The notes under the pieces are model-generated. The model was not told the origin of the DNA. It made no database searches and was given only the letters and a program-made list of their open reading frames with translations. DNA of 44,925 nucleotides from a virus, in the IMG/VR virus record IMGVR_UViG_3300010375_000005, positions 1-44,925 of that record; one strand, given 5' to 3'. Of this stretch, positions 16,725 through 26,502 are shown in pieces. A program made the position numbers and the translations under genes. How positions within the stretch are numbered: the stretch's first letter is position 1; each line of letters begins with the position of its first letter.

Positions 16725-18068
16725 ATGGTAAAGGTAAAAAACAATCCTCAATTGCGCAATAGTACGCCGTTTAAATTAGGCACATTCTGCTCCGGAATAG
16801 GTAGCCCCGAACAATCACTAAAAGAACTTAACGCTAATCATATCAATGTTTTCGCATGTGAAAAAGACAAATTCGCACGTCAAACATATTTAGCAAATTT
16901 TACACCCGGAATAATGTTAGAGGATATGACTAAGGAAACTTACGATGATCCTGAATTATACGCTGATTTAGTCGTTGCGGGTATCCCGTGCCAGTCGTTC
17001 AGTTTGGCAGGAAAACGGCAAGGTGAAAACGATCCGCGTGGATTGTTAATTTATGATTTTATCAGATATGTTCGAAAACGCAGGCCAAAGGTGTTTATCA
17101 TTGAGAATGTAAAAGGATTGCTTAGTGATGCAGGTGGGGTTACTTTTGGCAAATGGCTTGAATTATTAGGGTGTTCACGAAATGGGCAACCGAATATGTT
17201 TAACCATCCTGAATCGTTGGGTTATAATTTGAATTACAGGGTACTGAACGCAAAACATTACGGGTTGCCACAAAATAGGGAGCGTGTTTTTATTGTTGGT
17301 ATTAGGCCTGATTTGCCTAATAGTTACGTTTGGCCTAAACGGGTAGTTTTGAAAGATAGGTTGATTGATTTGTTGGAAAGTGAAGTTGATGAGAAGTATT
17401 ATTTGAGTGATTTAATGATGAGCAAATTCTCAGAATGCGGTACGTTTATAAATCAAGATATACAATCAAGTCGAGTGCATGACATTTTCGGATGTGTACC
17501 CGCTAATATAGCGGGTACACATGGGTATTCTATGGGATATATAAAATCGGTGGCTTTTAACGGCAATCAAAAAAAGAAAATACATACAGAAAATGATATT
17601 GCGTCCTGTTTAAATATTGGGAGCAATGCAAGCGGTTCATATAATAATTTGACACTCTTGCATGGTGCAAAATTTGAAGCGAACCGCATATACGATAGTA
17701 ACGGAATTGCCAAAACTCAAAAATCAAATGGTGGTGGTGGTGGGACTAAAACGGGGTATTATAGTGTTAAACAACTCAACCAATCAAAAGAATCCGGATG
17801 TAAACAACCATATCAGCAAAACCGTGTTTATGATAGTAATGGATTATCAACCGCCATAGATCAGGTAGCGGGTAGGTGGGGAACGAATATTCACCGCATA
17901 CGCCGACTAACCCCACTCGAATGCATGCGCCTAATGGGCTATCCTGATAGTTTTATCAAACCATGCAGCGAAACGCAAACCTACAAACAAGCCGGAAACT
18001 CCATCCCTATCCACATGATGAAAGTAGTATTAAAGCCATTATTGCCACTATTAGAAAACACGCATTGA
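16725..18068 (+). CDS. DNA (cytosine-5)-methyltransferase
   Basis: FCSGIGSPEQ (motif I), GIPCQSFSLAGKRQG (IV), ENVKGL (VI), QNRERVFIVG (VIII), RRLTPLECMRLMGYP (IX) and GNSI (X). ATG at 16725 is preferred over the track's TTG at 16704. Confidence 0.9.
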   Translation: MVKVKNNPQLRNSTPFKLGTFCSGIGSPEQSLKELNANHINVFACEKDKFARQTYLANFTPGIMLEDMTKETYDDPELYADLVVAGIPCQSFSLAGKRQGENDPRGLLIYDFIRYVRKRRPKVFIIENVKGLLSDAGGVTFGKWLELLGCSRNGQPNMFNHPESLGYNLNYRVLNAKHYGLPQNRERVFIVGIRPDLPNSYVWPKRVVLKDRLIDLLESEVDEKYYLSDLMMSKFSECGTFINQDIQSSRVHDIFGCVPANIAGTHGYSMGYIKSVAFNGNQKKKIHTENDIASCLNIGSNASGSYNNLTLLHGAKFEANRIYDSNGIAKTQKSNGGGGGTKTGYYSVKQLNQSKESGCKQPYQQNRVYDSNGLSTAIDQVAGRWGTNIHRIRRLTPLECMRLMGYPDSFIKPCSETQTYKQAGNSIPIHMMKVVLKPLLPLLENTH

Positions 18069-20468
18069 CAAATCATTCCCCGCACCCAAAAGCACCTTAA
18101 TCCCCTGCGGAGAATTACTACCACAATCAACGGACACCTCGGATATAAACGATTTCCAGTTAACACCACGGTACATATACCAAATTTCCCCAAATGGATT
18201 TAACGTCAACATCTGTTCGGCGTTAAACTGCATTCCAGTAGTTATATTGTCATAATAAGGCAGGAATATTTGACTGCCCAAATCACTAATATTAACCATA
18301 TCGCCTTCACTAACGCGCCGGCCATTCAAATCAACCGTAATCATCGACGTATTTTTATCGGCACCGGTTAAGTATATTTGATAGTCGCCCATCTTATCAA
18401 ATACCGAAGCGAGATAATTGCCCCCGCGTAATAGATTTTGCATCGGGCTAAGCGGCCAGTTATAAACTTCCGGCGAAACTCCACTCCAACTTGTACAACC
18501 ATCTGCAACGGTTAATGGTTGATAGTAACCGCCAATTTCAGCCGCTGGACGTACATAAACAAAATGATTATCATTATCCGATCTCGAAGCTGCTGAATTA
18601 AGATAAAACGTCCCGCTCAATCCCGATGACGGCTGATTATAACCAGGTTGAATGCGTTTTTCCTCAATAGCATAAGCAGATGCGTTTATCGGGCAAACGA
18701 TATCCAATACATTATTTGTAGTCGAAATCTTAGTCCCGTAGGCCACACCTGCGTTAACTTCTTTACCGCCGTTCAAGCTGGTTAATTGCGGATTAGCATA
18801 ACCACCCTTAATGCCATTGATTAGCAAATCTTCGGCAACCTCTAAACGTGGCGATTTAATATCGATCTGATTGCCCAAATCTAACGCGGCCTGATTTGGT
18901 GTTGCACTTGGCGGAGTTGCTCTGAAAAAATACCGCAAATCTTCCATGCAAAATTTTGGCGTTCCATCCGGAGCTAAATTAGTCGGGTCTAATCCGGCGC
19001 CTAATTGAGCACCCATTAAACCGCGAATAGCCTTGAAAAAGGTGTTATAGCTAAGTAGTAATCGTGGGTTGTTATTTTCCTGCTGCACAAATCCATCCTG
19101 ATCGGAATCTGTTGTAAATGTATCGTGCGGAAATATGGCTTTAAAAATACTACCCGGCGCGTAATCGGTGACAATTCCATCCGAATTAAAATAGTGTACT
19201 ATACCCCCGTACACCTTATATTGATTACCGTATTGTAAACTATCCCCGGCCTGGTATATCGTTGCCGCTTGTGATGTTAAGATTGCATTAGAGCACGTAA
19301 TACAGGCTTGGTAAAGCAAGCCATTAAGTCCTAACAGCCTCGATTGTGTCGTTACGGTCGGCTGATCTGTACCGTTCATTTGCTGCACCAAATAATCAAA
19401 CACGTATTCAGGCCGTAACGCCTGGCAATGTGTCGCCGGGGTTGATGTGTAATAAGTCATCCGCATTGAGCCGCCCTGCATATTTACGCCGTGTCCGGTA
19501 CCATTATCGAGCGTTGGGTCAAGTATATTTTTTATGTAGAAATACAGTTTATCACCCTGATTTAATTGCAATGAAAAGTCAAACTCAAAGGTAAATTCAA
19601 CTGTTCCAATTACCGGCGGCGATGTGGCTAACGTTTTTACCAATGTGCCGTCCTGCTTATAAATATTAAACTCATATTGCCCGGTGCCGCCGCCTGATGG
19701 GCCATTGATTGACGTTTGCACACCGCCGGGTATAGGTAATCCTGTAATAGGGTCTAATGGACTACTTAGTCTTATTTTGGTATCGGTTTGAGCGACAAAA
19801 AAGAAATTACCGTTCCGAGGAAATACCGGAGGACCTTGCCATAAAAACCCCGTCCCGGTTACAGACGGACTAACTGACATTTGTTGATAGTCGGCAATTT
19901 CCATCTGAAAAAAAGCGTTCATACGGAAATCGGGACTTGTTGAAAATATCATATCCGCCTGTTCCTGCAATAATAACGGGGTTAACAATATATCTACCAT
20001 AGGATCATAACCACGCGTAGCTATCCATGCCGCCCGTTGTGTTGGATTTACCGTTAATGGTATTTGATACGGTGTATCACCATAAGCCGCAATTTGCGTG
20101 TTGATGTTCTTTTGGATTAATGGAATTGATACCCCCGTAGGTTCATCGCTCCATTTTGAAAAATCAGGACGGCCAAAAAAGAATTGTTCATCCTGAAATG
20201 TTAGCGGGTTGTTTCGTAATATGCGCTGATTAACGCGGGTCATTTGACCAGTTTTGTAAAATTCCCTTCGCATCAATGACGCGCCCTTGTTTACATACTT
20301 GACAGGCAATGTGTAATTATATAGCACTCCGCCGTATAATTTACTGCGCTCTAATTTGATGTTAGTTTGCAACCAACCGTCGGGCGTATTGAATAACACA
20401 TCCGTTTCTACTCCGCGAATTTCGAGAGGGTAGGTAAATTTATTTGGTTGGGGTTGGGGGCTGTTCAT
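18051..20468 (-). CDS. Large tail structural protein (805 aa; distal tail/tip candidate)
   Basis: First large minus-strand ORF after the tape measure gene. Confidence 0.65.
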   Translation of the reverse strand: MNSPQPQPNKFTYPLEIRGVETDVLFNTPDGWLQTNIKLERSKLYGGVLYNYTLPVKYVNKGASLMRREFYKTGQMTRVNQRILRNNPLTFQDEQFFFGRPDFSKWSDEPTGVSIPLIQKNINTQIAAYGDTPYQIPLTVNPTQRAAWIATRGYDPMVDILLTPLLLQEQADMIFSTSPDFRMNAFFQMEIADYQQMSVSPSVTGTGFLWQGPPVFPRNGNFFFVAQTDTKIRLSSPLDPITGLPIPGGVQTSINGPSGGGTGQYEFNIYKQDGTLVKTLATSPPVIGTVEFTFEFDFSLQLNQGDKLYFYIKNILDPTLDNGTGHGVNMQGGSMRMTYYTSTPATHCQALRPEYVFDYLVQQMNGTDQPTVTTQSRLLGLNGLLYQACITCSNAILTSQAATIYQAGDSLQYGNQYKVYGGIVHYFNSDGIVTDYAPGSIFKAIFPHDTFTTDSDQDGFVQQENNNPRLLLSYNTFFKAIRGLMGAQLGAGLDPTNLAPDGTPKFCMEDLRYFFRATPPSATPNQAALDLGNQIDIKSPRLEVAEDLLINGIKGGYANPQLTSLNGGKEVNAGVAYGTKISTTNNVLDIVCPINASAYAIEEKRIQPGYNQPSSGLSGTFYLNSAASRSDNDNHFVYVRPAAEIGGYYQPLTVADGCTSWSGVSPEVYNWPLSPMQNLLRGGNYLASVFDKMGDYQIYLTGADKNTSMITVDLNGRRVSEGDMVNISDLGSQIFLPYYDNITTGMQFNAEQMLTLNPFGEIWYMYRGVNWKSFISEVSVDCGSNSPQGIKVLLGAGNDLSMRVF

Positions 20469-20494
20469 AAACCAAATGTAAATAAAATTAAATA

Positions 20495-20555
20495 AAATTT
20501 GTTATTGTGATTATTTGTAGTATATTTGTATTGTCAATCAAGGCAAATTAAAAAA
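20495..20555 (+). promoter_or_regulatory. Cassette promoter plus conserved leader, copy 3
   Basis: TTTG at 20498-20501, TATATTTG at 20521-20528. The 61 bp are identical to 16233-16293. Confidence 0.8.
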
Positions 20556-20564
20556 TGGAAAAAG

Positions 20565-20969
20565 ATGACTACAACAGCCACATACCCCTCAAGCACAGTT
20601 GCACCAAGTATTGAAACTTTATTTGTTAACGGTATCAAGTTTGATATTTGTGAATTGATTAAAGAGGCTTACGATATGATTGTTGACAAAAGATTTAGGT
20701 ATTTTGTATGTGTTGAGGATAATCATATTGTGCAATTCTCTGCATGCGAAAAATACTTTCAGGTCACGGGTGAAACCCGTTGGGATTTCTTTTGTATCAC
20801 AAAAGGCGAATGTATTGCATGGGTTAATGATTATCAGCAACAATGCGATAAGGTTGCTTCCTATAACCAAAGTTTGGCAAAAAAGCCATTAATGCGCCAA
20901 ATGATTGCTCCCAAAATACAGGCAATAAACGAAAGGTGTTTAACATTATTTGGTGTAAAAGCCGCTTAA
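20565..20969 (+). CDS. Hypothetical cassette cargo protein (134 aa)
   Basis: ATG at 20565 (MTTTATYPSS...). The track's TTG at 20526 lies inside the -7 box. Confidence 0.6.
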   Translation: MTTTATYPSSTVAPSIETLFVNGIKFDICELIKEAYDMIVDKRFRYFVCVEDNHIVQFSACEKYFQVTGETRWDFFCITKGECIAWVNDYQQQCDKVASYNQSLAKKPLMRQMIAPKIQAINERCLTLFGVKAA

Positions 20970-20971
20970 TT

Positions 20972-21256
20972 ATGGGACATATTTTAATAAAACTAAAAAC
21001 AAAACCCCAAATAGAAAATTGCTATTTGGTTTATTCTACAATTGTAGATGCGCCTATAACATACGGAGCGACAAAAAAGCAAATAATAAATTGGTATAAA
21101 AAAGAATACGGAAGGCAAGGATTAGAGGGGATGGACAGGCGATTTGAAAAGGCCGAAGATGACAATTTTGTAAAAAGTGTAATCTGTTTAAACAGAGCCG
21201 GAGAAAATGAAAAACACATATCTTATAAAAAAATGATACAACGTTACTGTATATAA
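20972..21256 (+). CDS. Hypothetical cassette cargo protein (94 aa)
   Basis: ATG at 20972 (MGHILIKLKT...), 2 nt after the upstream stop. Confidence 0.55.
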   Translation: MGHILIKLKTKPQIENCYLVYSTIVDAPITYGATKKQIINWYKKEYGRQGLEGMDRRFEKAEDDNFVKSVICLNRAGENEKHISYKKMIQRYCI

Positions 21257-21320
21257 AGCACTCTGATTTGCCTTGATAAAGTTTCAGGGTATTAGTCGTT
21301 AAGGAATTAACGGCTTTTTT
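21255..21320 (+). terminator. Conserved 3' trailer block plus intrinsic terminator
   Basis: The 25-bp block at 21255-21279. Hairpin agtcgttaa/ttaacggct (21294-21315) is followed by T6 and overlaps the stop of the convergent tape measure gene. Confidence 0.75.
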
Positions 21321-24300
21321 ATTTAAACCTACTCGCCCTATATCCATTCCACGCATCCGCCTGCCTCTGCGCCTCAATCCAGCCTGATAGACGCGGTTGT
21401 TTTTGACGCGTATCTTTCCTACTTAACCTGTCAATAGCCTCTACAACGTCCCTGTTATCACTACGCGTCGAAGTCCATTTAGGTGTTTCAGGTAACATCT
21501 TATAAGGCTCTACAACCGTTCCGCGTGGTAAGTTCATCATAGTAGCAACGCCTGGCGAATAATAAGCAGGTCGGCCAGGTTCAACTATCCGCTCCGGCCC
21601 AACTTCACCAACAACCGCATAGCCGCCCTTATGTCCACCTGTTGGTGTGCCTTTAGCAAATTGCGGTATCGGAGTTGCCGCCACTTTAGCCAACTGTAGT
21701 GCGCCTAATGCAGCAACCGGTATCCATGCCGCTAATCCAAATATACCCGTTTGACCTAACACCTTACTCACGCCAATAGCGGTATTTAAAATTATTTCAG
21801 CAATCGCTGCGGCTTTATCAGCAACGGCCTGTTTATGTTTTTCTTCTGCTATTTGCCTTTGTATATTCTTTTGTTGGCTTGCTGTTTCTGCATCTAAAAC
21901 TAATTGCCTACGTGCTTTGTTCGCTTGTGTATCTAATGAACGATCAATTGCGGCCTTTTCAATTTGAGCATTCTCATTTATTTTTTCACCAATCTTTTCA
22001 AGTTTTGAGATTTGATTTTCATAACCCTTATCAATCAAATCATTTATATCAGATACGATAGTTTTTGCATCATCTAATGTCGCTTCTAAATCAGCTTTTT
22101 TATCACGGCCTCCGTTCGCCTGATCTCTTTGTTGTTTTGATTGTGCATTGTTCAGGTCATTCCCCAGTCCTGATAATTTATTCTTAACTGGCTGAATACC
22201 TTTATTTGCATCAGAAACAAATTTATCAATATCACGTTGCGGCTCATTATCAACTTTCATACGCAAGGCAACTGCATCCCGGTTGCCTTCACGCGCCGCC
22301 AATATTGCTTGTTGTGTTGCTATTTCAGCACTTATTCGATCAATGGCAAACTGATCGTTCAGTGCAAGTAGTTCTTTGTTAAATTTTTCCTCTGAAATTT
22401 TACCTTTCGCGCGTAATAATGATAATGCGTTTTCTTTTTTATCGTGCACGGATGTTAATGCCTGGATTGCAAGGTTGCTACCCTGATCGATCAAATCAAG
22501 TTGGTCTTGCTGGCTTATCCGTCCCTGTTCAAGTATTTTTTGTAGGTTTTCTTTTTCGATTTTAAGTTTTTCTGATGCTGTTTCATTGGTTAACTGCAAT
22601 ATTGCCTTATCTTTATTTTGCTCTGCCAATTTAATAGATTCACTATTTTTGCCTGCTTCTTTTACTTGCTCTTTATAGTTGGCCTGAATTAATTCCTGTG
22701 ATTTTTTGTTGTAATAATCAAGTGCAATTAACTTCATATCATAAGACTGATTGGGGTCATCCAGTATAGCTTTAAACAAATCTTTTTGCTTTTCGAGGTT
22801 GTTTTTTATAATTTCCTGATCTTGTTTGTATTGTTTATCAAGCAGCCCCCGTCGCTGTGATGCGGTTTGCTCCTGTAATTCCAATAGTTTATTTGCACCT
22901 GCCTTGATTATATCTTCACGCCTTGCGTCATTTGCCGGCAACTTTACCAATTCTGCATTTTGATTATTTTCTTCAATTTTGGCGGATGCATTATAAAATT
23001 GCTGAACCGCTACAAGTCGTTCCTTATAGCTTAATTTGTCATTGTTTATTTTCGCTTGCGCTATAATTTTTTCGTGCTCTAATTGTTCGTTTGCAATTTT
23101 GGTGCGCAAATCATTAACAGGATCGGCTCCCGCTGAACTTCCGGGATTGGTTGCCCCGGCTTGCTTATATAAGTCTTTTACGGCATCTACGGTGTTTTTA
23201 TAACTTTGGATAGCGCGTTTATTATTACCCTCAATCTCTTTTTCAAGGTCTTTGACCTGGTCTTTTTGATTTTGAATAACAGCTTTTGAAAAACCCATTT
23301 GTTTTGCCCCGATAATATCATATCGAATATTACTTGCCTCGGCTTGTAGTTCTACATTTTTAGCCAATTGTTCAGCAGCAAACTTAGATGCATTTGCAAG
23401 GGCTGCCTGTGCGGCCGCTTCAAGATAAATAGCTTGGATATATGCATCCGAATGATCTGTAAATCCTTTTTGAGCGTCATTTAGATTTGTCACATACCCG
23501 AATGTCTTACCAATAGTATCATTATACTCATTAATTGCCTTATCGCTATCAACTATGCCGGTTTTAGCTAAATCAAGATTAGCGGCTAATTTTTCAATAT
23601 TTTCAATGCCTTTTTCGTAATCACCGCTTGTAAATGCATCAGTTAACGCTTGTTGTTTTATGGCAGACGTTGTCGCAACGTCATTAAATATTTCAAGGGC
23701 TTTAATATAAGTCCATAAAGCAGAAACCGCCTCAATTATAACGCCTATCAGCGCAAATTGCACTACCATTCTAACCAGGCTCCGGGTTGCAACATTTATA
23801 GCGGTTGCGGCTAATTGACTGCCGCTAGTCGCTCTTGCTATGGCTTTTTCATACGCGCCTACTTCCTTAGACGTGTTGCCTGTACTAACTGCCAACGCTT
23901 TATTTTCAGCATCCAAGGCCTGCAATTCAGCTAACATCTTTTGGCCTTGTGTGCTTTCCCGTTCGGCAGCAGTTAACTGTTCATAGGAATTACGCAATAG
24001 CAAAACAGACTGGTCAAGTTTTTTCATGCTTGTATCAGCCGCTAACATTTCTTTAGTCTGCCTGTTTAATTCAGTTTGGGTTTCCCTGATTGCGATTGAT
24101 AACTCTAATTGTCGTTGTGTTAAAAATACAAGCCTTTCACCACTCGCCGCATCTTCAACATTTAAAGCCTTTAATTCGGCTGCATTTTCGGCACGTTCGG
24201 ACTGTAATGCTAAAAGTAATTCTAAATTAGCCCGTTGAGCAACAGATAATGAGGCTAAAACTTCCTTTTGCTCAACCAATGCGGCGTTTTCAACTGCAAT

Positions 24301-24852
24301 TGCTTCGGCTGATTTGGTCGCACTAATAGCCATATTTTCATTTCCGGTGATAATTGGTTCATATCTGACAGCGGGATTATCATCGGAAGTAACAGGATTG
24401 TACGGCGTTTGGCTATTTGCAAATTGAGTATTAGCTTTTCTGTTAGCGATAGCATCTAACTTAGCCTGTTTAGATTCAGCCGCTGCAATTTCTTTTGCAT
24501 CCATGGCCGCTTGCTTTGCTTCGGCTTCCTGTCTGGCTTGCTCCTGTTTGGAAAGCATCACCAGGTACTTGTTTAATATTTGTTCCTGTTTAGCTGCTTT
24601 GGCTTGCTCATTTTTAATTTGCTTATTATTGTTGGCAATTATCTTATTAGTTGCTTCGGTTGAGGCCTGTAGATTTTTGTTAAATGTACCAGGCGTTGAG
24701 CCGCCTAATGTGGCATTTAGTTTGATGGCCGTTTCGAGTAATGCAACTAACTCGGTACGGAGTTCTTTACCGGCTATTTGTAGTTGGGTGAATTGTTGGA
24801 TCGCCGCGGGGTCAACTACCTCGTCGATTGCTGTTGTATTTCCTGATGCCAT
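21319..24852 (-). CDS. Tail tape measure protein
   Basis: 1177 aa, mostly coiled coil with a hydrophobic central segment. C-terminal GYAVVGEVGPERIVEPGRPAYYSPG is typical of tape measure proteins. Confidence 0.9.
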   Translation of the reverse strand: MASGNTTAIDEVVDPAAIQQFTQLQIAGKELRTELVALLETAIKLNATLGGSTPGTFNKNLQASTEATNKIIANNNKQIKNEQAKAAKQEQILNKYLVMLSKQEQARQEAEAKQAAMDAKEIAAAESKQAKLDAIANRKANTQFANSQTPYNPVTSDDNPAVRYEPIITGNENMAISATKSAEAIAVENAALVEQKEVLASLSVAQRANLELLLALQSERAENAAELKALNVEDAASGERLVFLTQRQLELSIAIRETQTELNRQTKEMLAADTSMKKLDQSVLLLRNSYEQLTAAERESTQGQKMLAELQALDAENKALAVSTGNTSKEVGAYEKAIARATSGSQLAATAINVATRSLVRMVVQFALIGVIIEAVSALWTYIKALEIFNDVATTSAIKQQALTDAFTSGDYEKGIENIEKLAANLDLAKTGIVDSDKAINEYNDTIGKTFGYVTNLNDAQKGFTDHSDAYIQAIYLEAAAQAALANASKFAAEQLAKNVELQAEASNIRYDIIGAKQMGFSKAVIQNQKDQVKDLEKEIEGNNKRAIQSYKNTVDAVKDLYKQAGATNPGSSAGADPVNDLRTKIANEQLEHEKIIAQAKINNDKLSYKERLVAVQQFYNASAKIEENNQNAELVKLPANDARREDIIKAGANKLLELQEQTASQRRGLLDKQYKQDQEIIKNNLEKQKDLFKAILDDPNQSYDMKLIALDYYNKKSQELIQANYKEQVKEAGKNSESIKLAEQNKDKAILQLTNETASEKLKIEKENLQKILEQGRISQQDQLDLIDQGSNLAIQALTSVHDKKENALSLLRAKGKISEEKFNKELLALNDQFAIDRISAEIATQQAILAAREGNRDAVALRMKVDNEPQRDIDKFVSDANKGIQPVKNKLSGLGNDLNNAQSKQQRDQANGGRDKKADLEATLDDAKTIVSDINDLIDKGYENQISKLEKIGEKINENAQIEKAAIDRSLDTQANKARRQLVLDAETASQQKNIQRQIAEEKHKQAVADKAAAIAEIILNTAIGVSKVLGQTGIFGLAAWIPVAALGALQLAKVAATPIPQFAKGTPTGGHKGGYAVVGEVGPERIVEPGRPAYYSPGVATMMNLPRGTVVEPYKMLPETPKWTSTRSDNRDVVEAIDRLSRKDTRQKQPRLSGWIEAQRQADAWNGYRASRFK

Positions 24853-25010
24853 GTGTCAAATATAAATAATGTTTCTTATATTTGTTGCTTAATCCCCTGC
24901 TTAGTGGATGCCGAGATAATAATCAGGTAAAAGTCCGGTTGAAGTGCTACCAAATAATGATGTCAAGCCAAAATGACAAGCAAGCACAGATTTAAGGCAG
25001 CCGAAAGGTA

Positions 25011-25050
25011 AAAGGCCATATCGTACGAATGAATATGGCCTTTTTATTTT
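25011..25050. terminator. Hairpin terminator (strong on +, weak on -)
   Basis: aaaggccatat (25011-25021), 11-nt loop, atatggccttt (25033-25043), then tttttatttttt. Confidence 0.65.
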
Positions 25051-25676
25051 TTATTCCTATTCGCCCTAATTTCAGCATCTAACATGTTTAAGTAGCTAAT
25101 ATACTGCATCACACTCGTTTCTTTTGGGTTTATTCCAAATTGTAGCCACTTACTTAATGAAGTTATTTGTTCATAAAATTGCGCCTTTGAATTAACCGTT
25201 CCGTTAGTTTCAGCGGCTTTTACCATCTTATCAAGTTGGTTTTTAGCCTGCTCGAACTTAACAATATCCATTTTTAGGTAATTCTCTGTTAGCTTAAGAT
25301 CCTTTTCGAGGTCGTCATATTTTAGTCGTTCAAAACCTAATCCATCCGGCTGCGGTGTTTGTAGGATGCGGATCAATTCAGTGTCTCGCCCATGCATACG
25401 TAATGCGTTTACGGCAATTTGAATATGATCGATACGGTTTGCAAGTTTCGCATAAGTCACGCGCGTTTTATGCTCAATATCCGATTTTGTATCTTTTACT
25501 AAAATTTGATATTCAGTTAGCAGGGATTGATAATGGTCTGATAAGTCATCGGGCATAGGACCTGATTTTACAAGCCATTTGAGATTTTGAGATGTGGCAA
25601 GTTCTATCCAGTTGTACAAGGGGAGATCGGATAGGTCGGTGTAGAGGATTGTTTCGGGCCGGGTTGGTTCAGTCAT
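25044..25676 (-). CDS. Hypothetical protein (210 aa); tail assembly chaperone by position
   Basis: Last ORF before the tape measure gene; helical and acidic. Confidence 0.55.
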   Translation of the reverse strand: MTEPTRPETILYTDLSDLPLYNWIELATSQNLKWLVKSGPMPDDLSDHYQSLLTEYQILVKDTKSDIEHKTRVTYAKLANRIDHIQIAVNALRMHGRDTELIRILQTPQPDGLGFERLKYDDLEKDLKLTENYLKMDIVKFEQAKNQLDKMVKAAETNGTVNSKAQFYEQITSLSKWLQFGINPKETSVMQYISYLNMLDAEIRANRNKK

Positions 25677-25834
25677 TAATTGGCAATTAAAAACGTATGG
25701 ACAAAACGAATAGTATTATTTGAAAGAGGACTCCCCATATAATAAAATCCCGTTAAACTAATTGCAGTTTTACGCAGATTAACATTTTTATCTGTTGCTA
25801 ATAATAGTGGCTTCTTAAGTAATATTTTTATCAT
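25676..25834 (-). CDS. Hypothetical protein (52 aa). It is below the track cutoff.
   Basis: Own translation: MIKILLKKPLLLATDKNVNLRKTAISLTGFYYMGSPLSNNTIRFVHTFLIAN*. ATGA overlap upstream and TAATG overlap downstream. Confidence 0.45.
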   Translation of the reverse strand: MIKILLKKPLLLATDKNVNLRKTAISLTGFYYMGSPLSNNTIRFVHTFLIAN

Positions 25835-26277
25835 AATCCCAACTCCATTTTTAATTCTTTAATAATCTTAGGTTTCAATATCTCAGCCGAAAAGAAACCA
25901 GTATTTTCCGGGTCAAGTCCATAATTTCGCGGCCATTTAGCATCCAGTTTAGGCGCAATGACATTATCGGTTGAATATGTCCTTATCTGCCATTGCGCTT
26001 GATTAATTGTCATTTGTATCGAATTATAATAATCGCCGGTGATAAAAAAATCAGGAATGCCAAATCCAGGCACCGGGTTTAATTCGTGTTTGTACTCAGC
26101 ATATCGTTCCTCTTTGTATAACCGTGTTTGTAACCGGCCTGTATTATCCTGCCCGTCATGCAATTGGCCCCTGTTTAAGCCTAACCATTCGTATTGCGAT
26201 TGGTTAAGGCATAGGATTATTATAGGCTTTATTTGCACCTTGTCGAGTCGGTCTAAAAGTTGAAACATATTGCCCAT
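25831..26277 (-). CDS. Hypothetical tail-module protein (148 aa)
   Basis: Translationally coupled ORF. Confidence 0.6.
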   Translation of the reverse strand: MGNMFQLLDRLDKVQIKPIIILCLNQSQYEWLGLNRGQLHDGQDNTGRLQTRLYKEERYAEYKHELNPVPGFGIPDFFITGDYYNSIQMTINQAQWQIRTYSTDNVIAPKLDAKWPRNYGLDPENTGFFSAEILKPKIIKELKMELGL

Positions 26278-26468
26278 TACGCAAATTTTATTGGTTGTGG
26301 TGTTTCAATCATTTCAAATGGCACATTGTACATATCTGCAATTATTTTATAATCGCTTAACAAATCAGCAGAATCCTTAATGTGACCACGTGAATCATTG
26401 ATGAGCTTTTCCATTTTTTTACTAATTGGCTGATTTAACCTATCTGATAGCTGTTTTATCGTTCCCAT
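26277..26468 (-). CDS. Hypothetical protein (63 aa)
   Basis: First ORF of a coupled four-gene string. TATCTTTG lies 4 nt upstream of the ATG. Confidence 0.55.
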   Translation of the reverse strand: MGTIKQLSDRLNQPISKKMEKLINDSRGHIKDSADLLSDYKIIADMYNVPFEMIETPQPIKFA

Positions 26469-26502
26469 ACCCCAAAGATATAAAATTTATTTTGATTATT
26501 TG

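Noticed and set aside
24853-25676. A programmed -1 frameshift of a tail assembly chaperone upstream of the tape measure gene
   Set aside because: There is no overlapping downstream frame of useful length and no X_XXY_YYZ slippery heptamer. The gap before the tape measure gene is non-coding in all frames.
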